NCBI GenBank assembly: GCA_041661765.1
Contig: JBAZTV010000001.1
Span: 300,791 to 364,790, forward strand
Source: Candidatus Shapirobacteria bacterium
Lineage (GTDB): Bacteria > Patescibacteriota > Microgenomatia > UBA12405
Reading direction: 5' to 3'
Length of the DNA: 64,000 nucleotides
The stretch's first letter is position 1. Every line of letters starts with the position of its first letter. The notes beneath the pieces were generated by a model, which was given only the letters and a program-made list of their open reading frames with translations, did not search any database and was not told where the DNA came from. Both the position numbers and the translations under genes were made by a program. Positions 37,417-47,073 of the stretch are shown here, in pieces.

Positions 37417-38850
37417 ATGACTAATGATAATAAATTAACTCGTCCACCAATTGTTGCTTTTATGGGTCATATTGATCATGGTAAAACCACCCTTTTAGAT
37501 AAAATTCGTTCCACTAATGTTTGGAAAAAAGAGGCTGGTGGAATCACTCAACACATTGGTGCTTATCAAGCTAAAGTTACTGAAAAAGACGGCCAAATTA
37601 AATTAATTACCTTTATTGACACTCCTGGACATGCTGCTTTTATTAACATGCGCGCATGTGGTGCTAAAGCTACCGATATGGTTGTTTTGGTAATTTCTGC
37701 TGTTGAAGGTATCATGCCTCAAACCAAAGAATGTCTTGATCATATCAAAAAATGTGAATTACCCTTTATTGTTGCCATGAACAAAGTTGATCTCGAAAAT
37801 GCTGCTCCCGACAAAGTAAAAGGCCAATTAGTTGAATTAGGATTTACTCCTGAAGAATATGGTGGTCAAACTGCTGTTATCCCTGTCTCTGCTAAAACCG
37901 GCGAAGGTATTGATAAATTGTTGGAAATGATTCTTGTGAACGCTGAAGTATTAGAACTAACTGCCGATCCTAAGGGAGATTTTGAAGCCGCCATCATTGA
38001 ATCGCGCCTGGATAAAAATCGCGGTCCAGTCGCTTCTTTAATTATTAATAATGGCACTCTAAAAATTGGTAACATTATTTTTTCAGAAGACATCCTTTGT
38101 AAAGTTAAGGCAATGATTGATTGTAATGGTCAACAATTAAAAGAAGCTGGTCCTAGCACTCCAGTTGAGGTTTTAGGTTTTGAAAAAGTTCCCACTGTTA
38201 GCAGTTTAGTCACATCAAATAAAACTAAATCAACTAGTGATAAACAAACCAAAGTTTTATTGGAATCAACTGAAGAAAATCCAAAATTAAAAGTAATTTT
38301 AAAAGCTGATGTTAAAGGTACTTTAGAGGCTTTAGAAAACAGTTTTAATGAGGATGTTATAGTTATCTCTTCTGGAATTGGAGCTGTCACTGACAATGAT
38401 GTTTTTTTAGCAGAAGCTGCTAAGGCTCAAATTTTTGCTTTCAATGTTTCCACTCCAAAACACATTTCTCAAATTGCCGAAAGTTCCAAAGTTAGAATTT
38501 TTGAATCCCGAATTATTTACGAAATTATTGAAGATATTCAAAACCAAGTATTACATCTTCTCGAGCCAACCATCGACGAAACAGTTTTGGGTGAAGGATT
38601 AATTAAGGCCGAATTCAAAATAGATAAAGTTCGTATTTCTGGCGTTCAGTGTACTAAAGGTGAGATTTCAAAAGGGGATTTAATTCACCTCAAACGAGAC
38701 GGAAAAATTATTAAAGACACTAAGGTCGAAGGTATTCATCAGGGTAAAAATATTATTGAAAAGTTAAAATCAGGCAACGATTGTGGTATGACTTTTAAAC
38801 CTTATATTGACTTTAAAGTAGGGGATGCTATAATAGCCTATAAGAATTAA
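37417..38850 (+). CDS. infB: Translation initiation factor IF-2 (lacks N-terminal domain)
   Basis: 'RPPIVAFMGHIDHGKTTLLD', 'GGITQHIGAY', 'DTPGH'. Confidence 0.95.
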   Translation: MTNDNKLTRPPIVAFMGHIDHGKTTLLDKIRSTNVWKKEAGGITQHIGAYQAKVTEKDGQIKLITFIDTPGHAAFINMRACGAKATDMVVLVISAVEGIMPQTKECLDHIKKCELPFIVAMNKVDLENAAPDKVKGQLVELGFTPEEYGGQTAVIPVSAKTGEGIDKLLEMILVNAEVLELTADPKGDFEAAIIESRLDKNRGPVASLIINNGTLKIGNIIFSEDILCKVKAMIDCNGQQLKEAGPSTPVEVLGFEKVPTVSSLVTSNKTKSTSDKQTKVLLESTEENPKLKVILKADVKGTLEALENSFNEDVIVISSGIGAVTDNDVFLAEAAKAQIFAFNVSTPKHISQIAESSKVRIFESRIIYEIIEDIQNQVLHLLEPTIDETVLGEGLIKAEFKIDKVRISGVQCTKGEISKGDLIHLKRDGKIIKDTKVEGIHQGKNIIEKLKSGNDCGMTFKPYIDFKVGDAIIAYKN

Positions 38851-38868
38851 AAATTAGCAGGTCTTCTT

Positions 38869-39564
38869 ATGAAAAACTATCAAGTTCAAGAAATTAAAAA
38901 CTTACTAGGAACCGCCAAAACGGCTCTCATTGCTGTTCCTCAATTAAACATCGACAGTGTTGGTTCAGCGCTTGCATTTGCTCTACTTTTAAAAAAATCT
39001 AATATTACCACTAAAGTTTTTTGTCCACACAAAACCGATGCTAATTATACTAAACTAAATGGCCTCGACCTTTTAACTGATATTTACAATCAAAATGATT
39101 TAATTGTCACTCTTGATTATCCTTTAGATCAAATCGAAAAAGTTACCTACAATCAAGATAATGGCAAGTTAAATTTAGTTGTCCAAACTAAAGACGGTTC
39201 TCCAAAAGTTGCCGAAAATCAAATTTTAATCAGTAACCAGGCCAGTGCCGCTGATATTAACTTTATTTTAGGTGACGAAACACTCTTAGGCACTAATGCT
39301 AATATGATTAATAAAGGTAATTGGATTAATATTTCTCCTGCTAATATCGAAAAAACTTGGGCTAAGGTCAATATTATAGACCAAGACGCTCCTTTTTCTG
39401 AAATTTTAACCTTCTTATTACCAATGCTCGATTTACAGTTAACTCCAGAGTCAGCTAAAAATCTTTTGATTGCTCTTAGAATCGCTACTCAATCTTTTTC
39501 AGTCAATGTTTCTCCAGAAACTTTTGAAGCTGGTGCTAATTGTCTCCGTGCCACCCAAGTCTAA
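38869..39564 (+). CDS. Degenerate DHH/NrnA-like protein
   Basis: 'NIDSVGSALA' resembles DHH motif I; no DHH triad visible. Confidence 0.55.
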   Translation: MKNYQVQEIKNLLGTAKTALIAVPQLNIDSVGSALAFALLLKKSNITTKVFCPHKTDANYTKLNGLDLLTDIYNQNDLIVTLDYPLDQIEKVTYNQDNGKLNLVVQTKDGSPKVAENQILISNQASAADINFILGDETLLGTNANMINKGNWINISPANIEKTWAKVNIIDQDAPFSEILTFLLPMLDLQLTPESAKNLLIALRIATQSFSVNVSPETFEAGANCLRATQV

Positions 39565-39585
39565 TTTATAAATAATTAAATAACC

Positions 39586-39612
39586 AAAAGCCCCGTTCCT
39601 CGGGGCTTTTTT
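39586..39612 (+). terminator. Intrinsic terminator (possibly bidirectional)
   Basis: AAAAGCCCCG-TTCCT-CGGGGCTTTTTT. Confidence 0.9.
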
Positions 39613-39653
39613 GTTATTATTTAATTTTTTTTAAAAAAATATATAATAATTGT

Positions 39654-40589
39654 ATGTCTGAACAAAAAAACAACCCACCACCACAAGAATTAGTTATCTC
39701 TGAACCAAAAACAATAGAATATGACTTGCCTTATATTCATATTCCCAACGGATATCCAGAAAATGACCAAATACACACAGTTATTAATCAAAAAAATGAA
39801 CCAATAAAAGAAGAATTAAAAGAATTTTTTACCCCCGAAATGGTATCACGCTTAATTAAATGTCCAAAAATAAACATAGACGAAACAGATGATTGGGGGA
39901 TGTTTGGTTATGAACCAGGTTATTTTTTTATTTGTGGAATTAAATATAAAGGCGACAAGACTCTTAATGATATGGCTTTATTAAATGGTATGACTCTTAA
40001 AAACTCCACAACTAAAACAGGTTATGAAATAACCGAAATTAGTCATGCAGACTCTTTTCCAAGAAATAAATACATTTATCAAACTATAACTGTTGAGAAA
40101 ACTCCAAAAACGTTTACTTTTTTAAGGAATTTATTAGAAGGTGTTGATGGTGATGATTTATCAACTTATCCAACAGAAGATTTGCTTTTTAATTTAAAAA
40201 AAATAAGAGATCAAAGGGAAATACCAGATGTTCTTTTAGAATCAGCAGAACGTTTTAGATCGTCTATTAAGGAATCAAGAGACCCAGATTATTCTGCCCA
40301 AATGGCTGACAAATATGAACAAGAAGCAGAAAAAAAGAAACAGGAAACACCTATAAACACATTAAAATCATTAGAAATAATCAATATTCTTCAAGAAAGA
40401 AAAATAGTTGACTCAACAATTTTAAATATTATTAATAGCTCATATAAATACGAAGAGAAAAGAATCAAACAAGACATAAACCAAGCCAAATTAAATGGTA
40501 ATAATCAATTAGCCGAAGAAATTACTACTTTTTTCAAAAGAATTGAGCCACTTTTAGAAAATAATCAGAAACAATTAACAAGTAATTAA
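39654..40589 (+). CDS. Hypothetical protein
   Basis: 311-aa ORF preceded by TATAAT; no recognisable motifs. Confidence 0.6.
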   Translation: MSEQKNNPPPQELVISEPKTIEYDLPYIHIPNGYPENDQIHTVINQKNEPIKEELKEFFTPEMVSRLIKCPKINIDETDDWGMFGYEPGYFFICGIKYKGDKTLNDMALLNGMTLKNSTTKTGYEITEISHADSFPRNKYIYQTITVEKTPKTFTFLRNLLEGVDGDDLSTYPTEDLLFNLKKIRDQREIPDVLLESAERFRSSIKESRDPDYSAQMADKYEQEAEKKKQETPINTLKSLEIINILQERKIVDSTILNIINSSYKYEEKRIKQDINQAKLNGNNQLAEEITTFFKRIEPLLENNQKQLTSN

Positions 40590-40598
40590 TTTCTATGT

Positions 40599-40680
40599 TA
40601 TAATCTCATCTGACTAAGAACGGTTTTTGGGTAGCCATTCCCAAATATTATAAATTTACCGATTTTAGCCGCATAATCCT
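40599..40680 (+). promoter_or_regulatory. rpsO promoter and structured leader (candidate S15 autoregulatory RNA)
   Basis: TATAAT at 40599; CTAAGA-A-CGGT pairs with ACCG-A-TTTTAG around an inner TTGGG/CCCAA stem. Confidence 0.5.
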
Positions 40681-40950
40681 ATGGCATTAACCACAGAAGA
40701 AAAAAAAGTTATTATTGAAAAGTTTGCCCAAGATAAGGGTGACACTGGTTCTCCAGAAGTTCAAATTGCCATTTTAAGCAAAGAAATCGAAAAACTCCAA
40801 GGTCATCTAACTGAAAACAAGCACGATTCTCCAGCTAAGCGCGGAATTTTAAGCAAAATCTCCAAAAGACGACGTTTACTCCGCTACATCTCAACACATA
40901 ATCCTGAAAGATACGCAGCTATAATCAAATCTCTTGGTCTTAAGAAATAA
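40681..40950 (+). CDS. rpsO: 30S ribosomal protein S15
   Basis: 'DTGSPEVQIAIL', 'KRRRLLRY'. Confidence 0.97.
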   Translation: MALTTEEKKVIIEKFAQDKGDTGSPEVQIAILSKEIEKLQGHLTENKHDSPAKRGILSKISKRRRLLRYISTHNPERYAAIIKSLGLKK

Positions 40951-40976
40951 TTTTAAATTTTAGTTATAATTAATTT

Positions 40977-43184
40977 ATGGAAATGAATACAAAAGATATT
41001 TTAGTTGGCGATAAAAAAATTACCCTTTCAACTGGTAAATTAGCTCCTCAAACCAATGCCTCTGTCGTGGCTCAATACGGCAATACTACTGTTTTAGCCA
41101 CTGTTGTCATGGGTAAAATTGATGATTCTAAGGACTATTTTCCTTTATCAATCGAATTTGTTGACAAACTTTATGCTGGAGGCATCGTAAAAGGTAGTAA
41201 ATGGATGAAACGCGATGGTGGTCCATCCGACTCAGCTGTTCTTTTTGGCCGAATTATTGATCGATCTCTTCGTCCACTTTTTCCATTCGATTTTTTAAAT
41301 GAAGTTCAAATTATTGTTACTGTTTTAAGTAATGATAAAAATAATGATGTTATCATTCCTGCCTTTACTGCAGCTTCTGCTGCTTTGGCTATTTCCGACA
41401 TTCCTTTTAACGGTCCAGTTTCTGCCGTTCGTGTTGGTTTAATTGATGAAAAATTAGTCTTAAACCCTTCCAATGAAAAATTAAAAAATTCCGACCTAGA
41501 TCTTTTAGTTTGCACTGGCAATGTTGGTATCAATATGATTGAGGCTGAAGCCAACATCATTAATAATGATATTGCTCTAAAAGCCATTGAATTGGCCAAA
41601 ACTACCGGCGACGAAATCAATAAAGAAATTGTTGCTTGGGCAAAAACTTGTGGAAAAGAAAAAATTAAATATCAACCATCTGGTCCGTCTAGTGATTTAA
41701 TCAACGAAGTCGATTCCAAAATTAAAACAGAAGTCGAAGCCTTTTTAGAAGCTGGTGTTGACGGTGGTCACATGATTGGTCAAGACAAAATTGTCGATCA
41801 AATTCTTGAAGATTATAAATCTAAAATTGAATCCAATGAAATTTCTAAAAATCATTTAGTTGCTGCTGTTGATTTTATTATTAGAAAATATCTTCGAGAA
41901 AGAACCCTAAAAGGTATTCGTTACGATCACCGAAAAATGGATGAAGTTCGTTCTTTAACTATTGAAGCTAGTGTTTTGCCTTGTGTTCATGGTTCTGCTT
42001 TTTTTCAAAGAGGATTAACTCAAGCCATCACTATCACTACACTTGCTCCTTTATCAGAAAAACAATATTTAGAAGACTCTAGTGGTGAAAAAACCAAAAG
42101 ATATATTCATTATTATTCCGCCGCTCCTTTCTCTACTGGTCAAACTGGTCGAGTCGGTCGCCCGGGTCGAAGAGAAATTGGTCATGGTGCTTTAGCTGAA
42201 AAAGCCTTAGCCCCAGTCATTCCCACTGAAGAGGAATTTCCATATACAATTCTTTTAACTTCTGAAGTTTTATCTCAAAATGGTTCGTCTTCAATGGCTT
42301 CCACTTGTGGATCCACCATGTCTTTAATGGACGCTGGCGTTCCAATTAAAGATAAAGTCGCTGGAATTTCTATCGGCTTAATTGCCGAAACTGATGATAA
42401 TTTTGTTTTATTAACCGATATTGCTGGTGTTGAAGACCACAACGGTGACATGGATTTCAAAATCACTGGCACCAGAACTGGTATCACTGCCATTCAATTA
42501 GACATCAAAAGAGCCGGTCTCACTTTAAAAATGATCACCGAAACTTTTGCCGCCAGTACTAAAGCCAGACTCCAAATTCTAGACAAAATGGAAGCTGTTT
42601 TATCAACTCCTCGAACTGAACTTTCAGAATTTGCTCCAAAAATTAAAATGGTTACCCTTCCAGAAGATAAAATTGGTGAAGTCATTGGTAGTGGTGGTAA
42701 AACCATCAAAGCATTAATGGCAAAATACGAAGTCCAAATTGATATTGATGACTTTGGAAAAGCCTCAATTTCTGCCCAAAATCAGGAAAATATTGATAAG
42801 GCTGCTTATGAAATTGAATCGATGATTAAAGAAGTTCAAATCGGTGAAGACTATGAAGGTGTTGTTACCCGAGTTGAAAACTTCGGTGCTTTCATTGAAT
42901 TTTTACCAGGTCGAGAAGCCTTGCTCCATGTTTCTGAAATGACCGGTGGGTTCTTATCTGATCCATCTTCAATTATCAAAGTTGGCGATCATCTTAATGT
43001 CAAAATTGCTGGATTCAACGATAATCATCAAATTAAATTATCATCTCCTGAATTTAAAGCAGCTCATCCAGGTCAACCTCGTGAAGAAGGTTTTGATAAT
43101 CGACAAGATAATCGAACCGGTGGTTTTAGAAACTTCACTCCACCAAGTGGTGATAATCGTCGCGAATTCCGTCCCCGCCGATAA
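40977..43184 (+). CDS. pnp: Polyribonucleotide nucleotidyltransferase
   Basis: 'RREIGHGALA', 'SQNGSSSMAS', 'GDMDFK', KH and S1 domains. Confidence 0.97.
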   Translation: MEMNTKDILVGDKKITLSTGKLAPQTNASVVAQYGNTTVLATVVMGKIDDSKDYFPLSIEFVDKLYAGGIVKGSKWMKRDGGPSDSAVLFGRIIDRSLRPLFPFDFLNEVQIIVTVLSNDKNNDVIIPAFTAASAALAISDIPFNGPVSAVRVGLIDEKLVLNPSNEKLKNSDLDLLVCTGNVGINMIEAEANIINNDIALKAIELAKTTGDEINKEIVAWAKTCGKEKIKYQPSGPSSDLINEVDSKIKTEVEAFLEAGVDGGHMIGQDKIVDQILEDYKSKIESNEISKNHLVAAVDFIIRKYLRERTLKGIRYDHRKMDEVRSLTIEASVLPCVHGSAFFQRGLTQAITITTLAPLSEKQYLEDSSGEKTKRYIHYYSAAPFSTGQTGRVGRPGRREIGHGALAEKALAPVIPTEEEFPYTILLTSEVLSQNGSSSMASTCGSTMSLMDAGVPIKDKVAGISIGLIAETDDNFVLLTDIAGVEDHNGDMDFKITGTRTGITAIQLDIKRAGLTLKMITETFAASTKARLQILDKMEAVLSTPRTELSEFAPKIKMVTLPEDKIGEVIGSGGKTIKALMAKYEVQIDIDDFGKASISAQNQENIDKAAYEIESMIKEVQIGEDYEGVVTRVENFGAFIEFLPGREALLHVSEMTGGFLSDPSSIIKVGDHLNVKIAGFNDNHQIKLSSPEFKAAHPGQPREEGFDNRQDNRTGGFRNFTPPSGDNRREFRPRR

Positions 43185-43222
43185 TTCAAGCAACCAGTTC
43201 TAAATTCTTGTATAATTTTATA

Positions 43223-44284
43223 ATGACTGATAATTTGTTGACCACCAAGGAGGCGATTAAGCGGCTGACTGATAAAGTTACGGCGGTTAAACTTCCTGAA
43301 AATTTAAATTCAAAATTACAGGAACTTTTTGTCCAATTGGAAATTAATTCTCGAAATGAAGAAACTTTTTGGTCAATTTATCAAAACATTTCTAAATACA
43401 TCGATTGGATTATTGCCGTTCCCTGGTTTAACCAAACTAAAGATATTTTAGATCTAAACTACGCCAAAGAAAAACTAAACGAGGAGCATTATGGTTTGGA
43501 AATAATTAAAGAAAGAATTTTGGAATATATTTCTGTCATTGCCCTTCAAAAAAGTCGTCATCCAAACGAAACTGTTCATGCTCCAGTTCTTTTATTTGTT
43601 GGTTTAGTTGGCACCGGCAAAACCACCATGGCCAAATCAATTGCTCAAGTTTTAGGCAGAGAGCTTATTAGAATTCCATTTGGCGGTTTAGGCGATGCTA
43701 ACTATCTTCGTGGTCACTCTCACACTAATCCAGATAATGAACCAGGACAAATTATTAAAGGTTTAGTTAACTGCAAAAGCAACAATCCAGTAATTTTATT
43801 AGATGAAATTGATCGTGTTGCCGATGACGCCTTAAATACTATTATGGGTGTTCTAGTTGAAATACTCGATCCAGAACAAAATAGTCACTTTATTGATCAT
43901 TATTTAGATTATCCAGTAGACCTTTCACAAGCAATTTTTTGTGCCACTTGCAATAACACTTCCCGAATTGCCACCGCCGTCATGGATCGTCTGGAAGTTA
44001 TCCAAATGCCTTCATATACTGACGAGGAGAAAACCGCCATTGCTAAAGATTATCTTTTACCCAGAGCTCTCAAAGCCACTGGTTTAACTCCAGAGGATTT
44101 AAAAATTTCTACTGATATGTGGCCTCAAATTGTTAGACCTCTTGGATTTGATGCTGGTGTTAGAACTCTTCAACGCAATATTGAAGCTATGTGTCGCAAA
44201 GTAGCCAAAATTATTTTAGAAGGCAAAACTAAACAAATTACCGTTGATGATTCCAATATCAAAACTTTTTTACCACAATGGTAA
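43223..44284 (+). CDS. Lon-type AAA+ ATPase lacking the protease domain
   Basis: 'HYGLEIIKERILEY', 'GLVGTGKT', 'LLDEID', 'LDPEQNSHFIDHY'; ends before the Ser-Lys protease domain. Confidence 0.85.
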   Translation: MTDNLLTTKEAIKRLTDKVTAVKLPENLNSKLQELFVQLEINSRNEETFWSIYQNISKYIDWIIAVPWFNQTKDILDLNYAKEKLNEEHYGLEIIKERILEYISVIALQKSRHPNETVHAPVLLFVGLVGTGKTTMAKSIAQVLGRELIRIPFGGLGDANYLRGHSHTNPDNEPGQIIKGLVNCKSNNPVILLDEIDRVADDALNTIMGVLVEILDPEQNSHFIDHYLDYPVDLSQAIFCATCNNTSRIATAVMDRLEVIQMPSYTDEEKTAIAKDYLLPRALKATGLTPEDLKISTDMWPQIVRPLGFDAGVRTLQRNIEAMCRKVAKIILEGKTKQITVDDSNIKTFLPQW

Positions 44285-44409
44285 ACAAAATAACACTTAA
44301 AACGATTTTTTAGATAAAATTAATTAAGATTTATTATTATTTCTGAACATTTTGTGGTTGCCGTTCAGATATTTATTATTATTTATATTTACAATCACAA
44401 CAAATTTTT

Positions 44410-46152
44410 ATGTTAAAACAAAAAACAAATTTTACAAATGCACCCAATCAAGTCAGAGAATATAAATCTGGAACTGATTCGGTCCGAATCAGTTCACTTG
44501 GTGGTTTCGGTGACGTTACTCAGAATATGTTCGTTTACGAATTTATTCCTAGTGGCGACGCATCCAAAAGCCAAATTATTATTGTCGACTGTGGTGTCGG
44601 TTTTCCTGAAGAAGATGCTTTTGGCGTCGATCTTCAAATACCAGACACTCACTATCTTCAAGACAAAAAAGACCGAATTTTAGGTATTTTTATAACCCAT
44701 GGTCATGAAGATCATATCGGTGCTGTCCGTTTTATTCTACCTATTCTTGGGCAGAATATTCCCATATATTCTCCCAAATTAGCCGCTGCTTTTATCGAAG
44801 CCAGACTTGGTGAAGTTCAAATTCGTGCCAATCTTCAGACTTATGACGAGTCGACTTTACCAATTGTTAAAGGTGTTTTTACTGTCGATCCAATTAGGGT
44901 TACTCATTCGATTCCTGACACTTATCATTTCGCCATCACCACCCCCATGGGTATTTTTTACCATGGTTCCGATTTTAAATTAGACCTTTTTCCTCTCGAT
45001 GGCAAAGGTGCTGATTATCAACACATTGCCCGTATTGGTGAAGGTAAAGTTATTGCTCTAATGTCTGATAGTTTAGGTTCTGATCATGAAGGTTGGTCAC
45101 CATCAGAAGGTTCTATTGCTGAAAATTTTAAAAGAGAAATAGTCTCTGCAAAAGGTCGTGTTTTTGTCACTTCAATTTCCAGTAATATCGTTCGTTGGGC
45201 TCAAGCCATTGAATATGGTAAAAGTGTTGGCCGAAAAATAGTTATTGTTGGTTTCTCTGTCGACAGAGCTATTAATATTGCTAAAGATTTAGGTTATGTA
45301 ACCCTTGCCGAGACTGATCTTATTCCTCTTGAAAGAGTTAAAAATTTTGCCGAAAATAAACTTTTATTTCTAGTTGCCGGTTTTGCCGGTCAACCAGATT
45401 CAGCTTTAAGTAAAATGATTATGGGTAAACACAGGGTAAAAGTTAAATCTGGAGATAAAGTCATTTTTTCTTCTCCAGATTACATTCCTGGTACTACTTC
45501 TAATATTTATAATATGATTGACCTTCTTTCTAAAATGGGCGCTGAAGTCATTTATGGTGAAAAAGAAGAATTACATGTTTCCGGTCATGGTTATCAAAAA
45601 GAACATGCTCTTTTAATCAGTTTATTAAAACCAAAATATTTATTACCAATTGGTGGTAATTATCGTCATCTCAAATGCTATCAACAAATGGCTAAAAAAT
45701 TAGGCTATAACGATGATCAAGTTATTTTACCCGATTTCGATGCTTCAGCCACTTTTCACAACAATGGTACAGTTGACACTAATTATCACATCTCCATCAG
45801 AAAAATTTTAATCGATGGTTTTGGAGTTGGTGATGTCGGCACTACTGTCTTACGTGATCGTAAATTATTGGCCGAAGATGGAATGTTCTCTGTTGTCCTT
45901 TTAATGGACAAAGAATCTGGCCAATTAAGTAAACCACCCGTAATTCTTAGCCGTGGTTTCGTTTTCATGAAAGAAAATACCGAACTTATGGACTTTTTAA
46001 AATTAGAGGTTAGTAACAAATTTAAACAATCCACCAGCACTCCGGCCAATATGGATTTCATTCGTGAAGAAGTTCAGGCTTATCTCGAAGAAATTATTTA
46101 CAAAAAAACCGGCCGCCAACCTATGGTCTTACCGCTGGTTATTGAGGTCTAA
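44410..46152 (+). CDS. rnj: Ribonuclease J
   Basis: 'THGHEDHIGA', 'HSIPD', 'HVSGHG', 'RQPMVLP'. Confidence 0.95.
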   Translation: MLKQKTNFTNAPNQVREYKSGTDSVRISSLGGFGDVTQNMFVYEFIPSGDASKSQIIIVDCGVGFPEEDAFGVDLQIPDTHYLQDKKDRILGIFITHGHEDHIGAVRFILPILGQNIPIYSPKLAAAFIEARLGEVQIRANLQTYDESTLPIVKGVFTVDPIRVTHSIPDTYHFAITTPMGIFYHGSDFKLDLFPLDGKGADYQHIARIGEGKVIALMSDSLGSDHEGWSPSEGSIAENFKREIVSAKGRVFVTSISSNIVRWAQAIEYGKSVGRKIVIVGFSVDRAINIAKDLGYVTLAETDLIPLERVKNFAENKLLFLVAGFAGQPDSALSKMIMGKHRVKVKSGDKVIFSSPDYIPGTTSNIYNMIDLLSKMGAEVIYGEKEELHVSGHGYQKEHALLISLLKPKYLLPIGGNYRHLKCYQQMAKKLGYNDDQVILPDFDASATFHNNGTVDTNYHISIRKILIDGFGVGDVGTTVLRDRKLLAEDGMFSVVLLMDKESGQLSKPPVILSRGFVFMKENTELMDFLKLEVSNKFKQSTSTPANMDFIREEVQAYLEEIIYKKTGRQPMVLPLVIEV

Positions 46153-46193
46153 AAAATTTATTTTCTTTTCATAAATTATTGTCATAATTTTCC

Positions 46194-46793
46194 GTGCCAT
46201 TAATCAATATTCAAACCAAATTTGCTGACAAATTTAAATTAAAATCATCTCGTCTTCAAAACTGGAATTATTCAACTCCAGGATATTACTTCATCACCAT
46301 CTGTACCCACAACCACAATAATTTTTTTGGAAAAATTATTAACAACAAGATGGAATTGTCAAAACGTGGTGAAATTACTAAATCTGAATTATTAAAAACA
46401 TTTGAAATCAGAAAAAATATTAAATTACATGAATGGGTAATTATGCCAAATCATGTGCATGTTTTAATGGAAATTGAAAAACAAAATTATCAACACAATA
46501 AATGTAGAGACGTAGCGCGCTACGTCTCTACAAAACTAAACAACATCTCTACAGAAGAAAATAATAAAAATTTTTCAAAAATTTCACCCAAACCAAATTC
46601 AATTTCATCAATAATACGTTCATTCAAATCAGCCGTTACCCATCAAATAAATCCCAAAACAATATTTTTTGCTTAGCAACCCCGTTTCCACGATCAGATC
46701 ATTAAAGATGAAAAAGAATATTTTTTAATCAAAAAATACATTCAAAATAATATAAAAAATTGGGATAAAGATAATTTTTTTAGTTTAAAGTAA
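46194..46793 (+). pseudogene. REP-associated tyrosine transposase (RAYT/TnpA-REP) with internal TAG
   Basis: 'YFITICT', HUH motif 'MPNHVH', 'IIRSFKS'; TAG at 46674-76 replaces the conserved W, and the frame continues QPRFHDQIIKD...KKYIQNN..NW to TAA 46793. Confidence 0.88.
46504..46531. repeat. GTAG-type REP inside the RAYT gene
   Basis: Perfect palindrome GTAGAGACGTAGCGCGCTACGTCTCTAC. Confidence 0.92.
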
Positions 46794-47027
46794 ATTTCTT
46801 CCTGGGTAGTCCGGATTCATTTTTTCATCGTCGTTTACTGGTGAACAGAGTTTTATTCTGGCTGTTATTCGATTTTCGGCAATTTTTTTATGGGTTTCAA
46901 AAGCATTCATTAATTGTTTTTTTGGATCATCACTTATTTTAGTTGCCTGAGCAATTCTTTTAGCTTCTTTCGAGAAACATATTTCAGTTCCCGTTATACA
47001 TCTTTCGCATGATCTTGGTTCTGCCAT
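46785..47027 (-). CDS. Hypothetical protein with CxxC
   Basis: 80-aa ORF with TAAAAT 6 nt upstream of ATG. Confidence 0.5.
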   Translation of the reverse strand: MAEPRSCERCITGTEICFSKEAKRIAQATKISDDPKKQLMNAFETHKKIAENRITARIKLCSPVNDDEKMNPDYPGRNLL

Positions 47028-47073
47028 AAATATATTTTACCCTAAAAAATAAATTATTAGTTATAATAAAACC

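Noticed and set aside
44291-44304. TAACACTTAAAACG resembling the cassette-2 trailer (13/14 match)
   Set aside because: No complementary upstream arm or following terminator found; may be chance in AT-rich DNA
46674-46676. Stop-codon reassignment explaining the RAYT TAG
   Set aside because: TAG, TGA and TAA all terminate intact genes in the window and Trp is encoded by TGG; a single nonsense change is simpler
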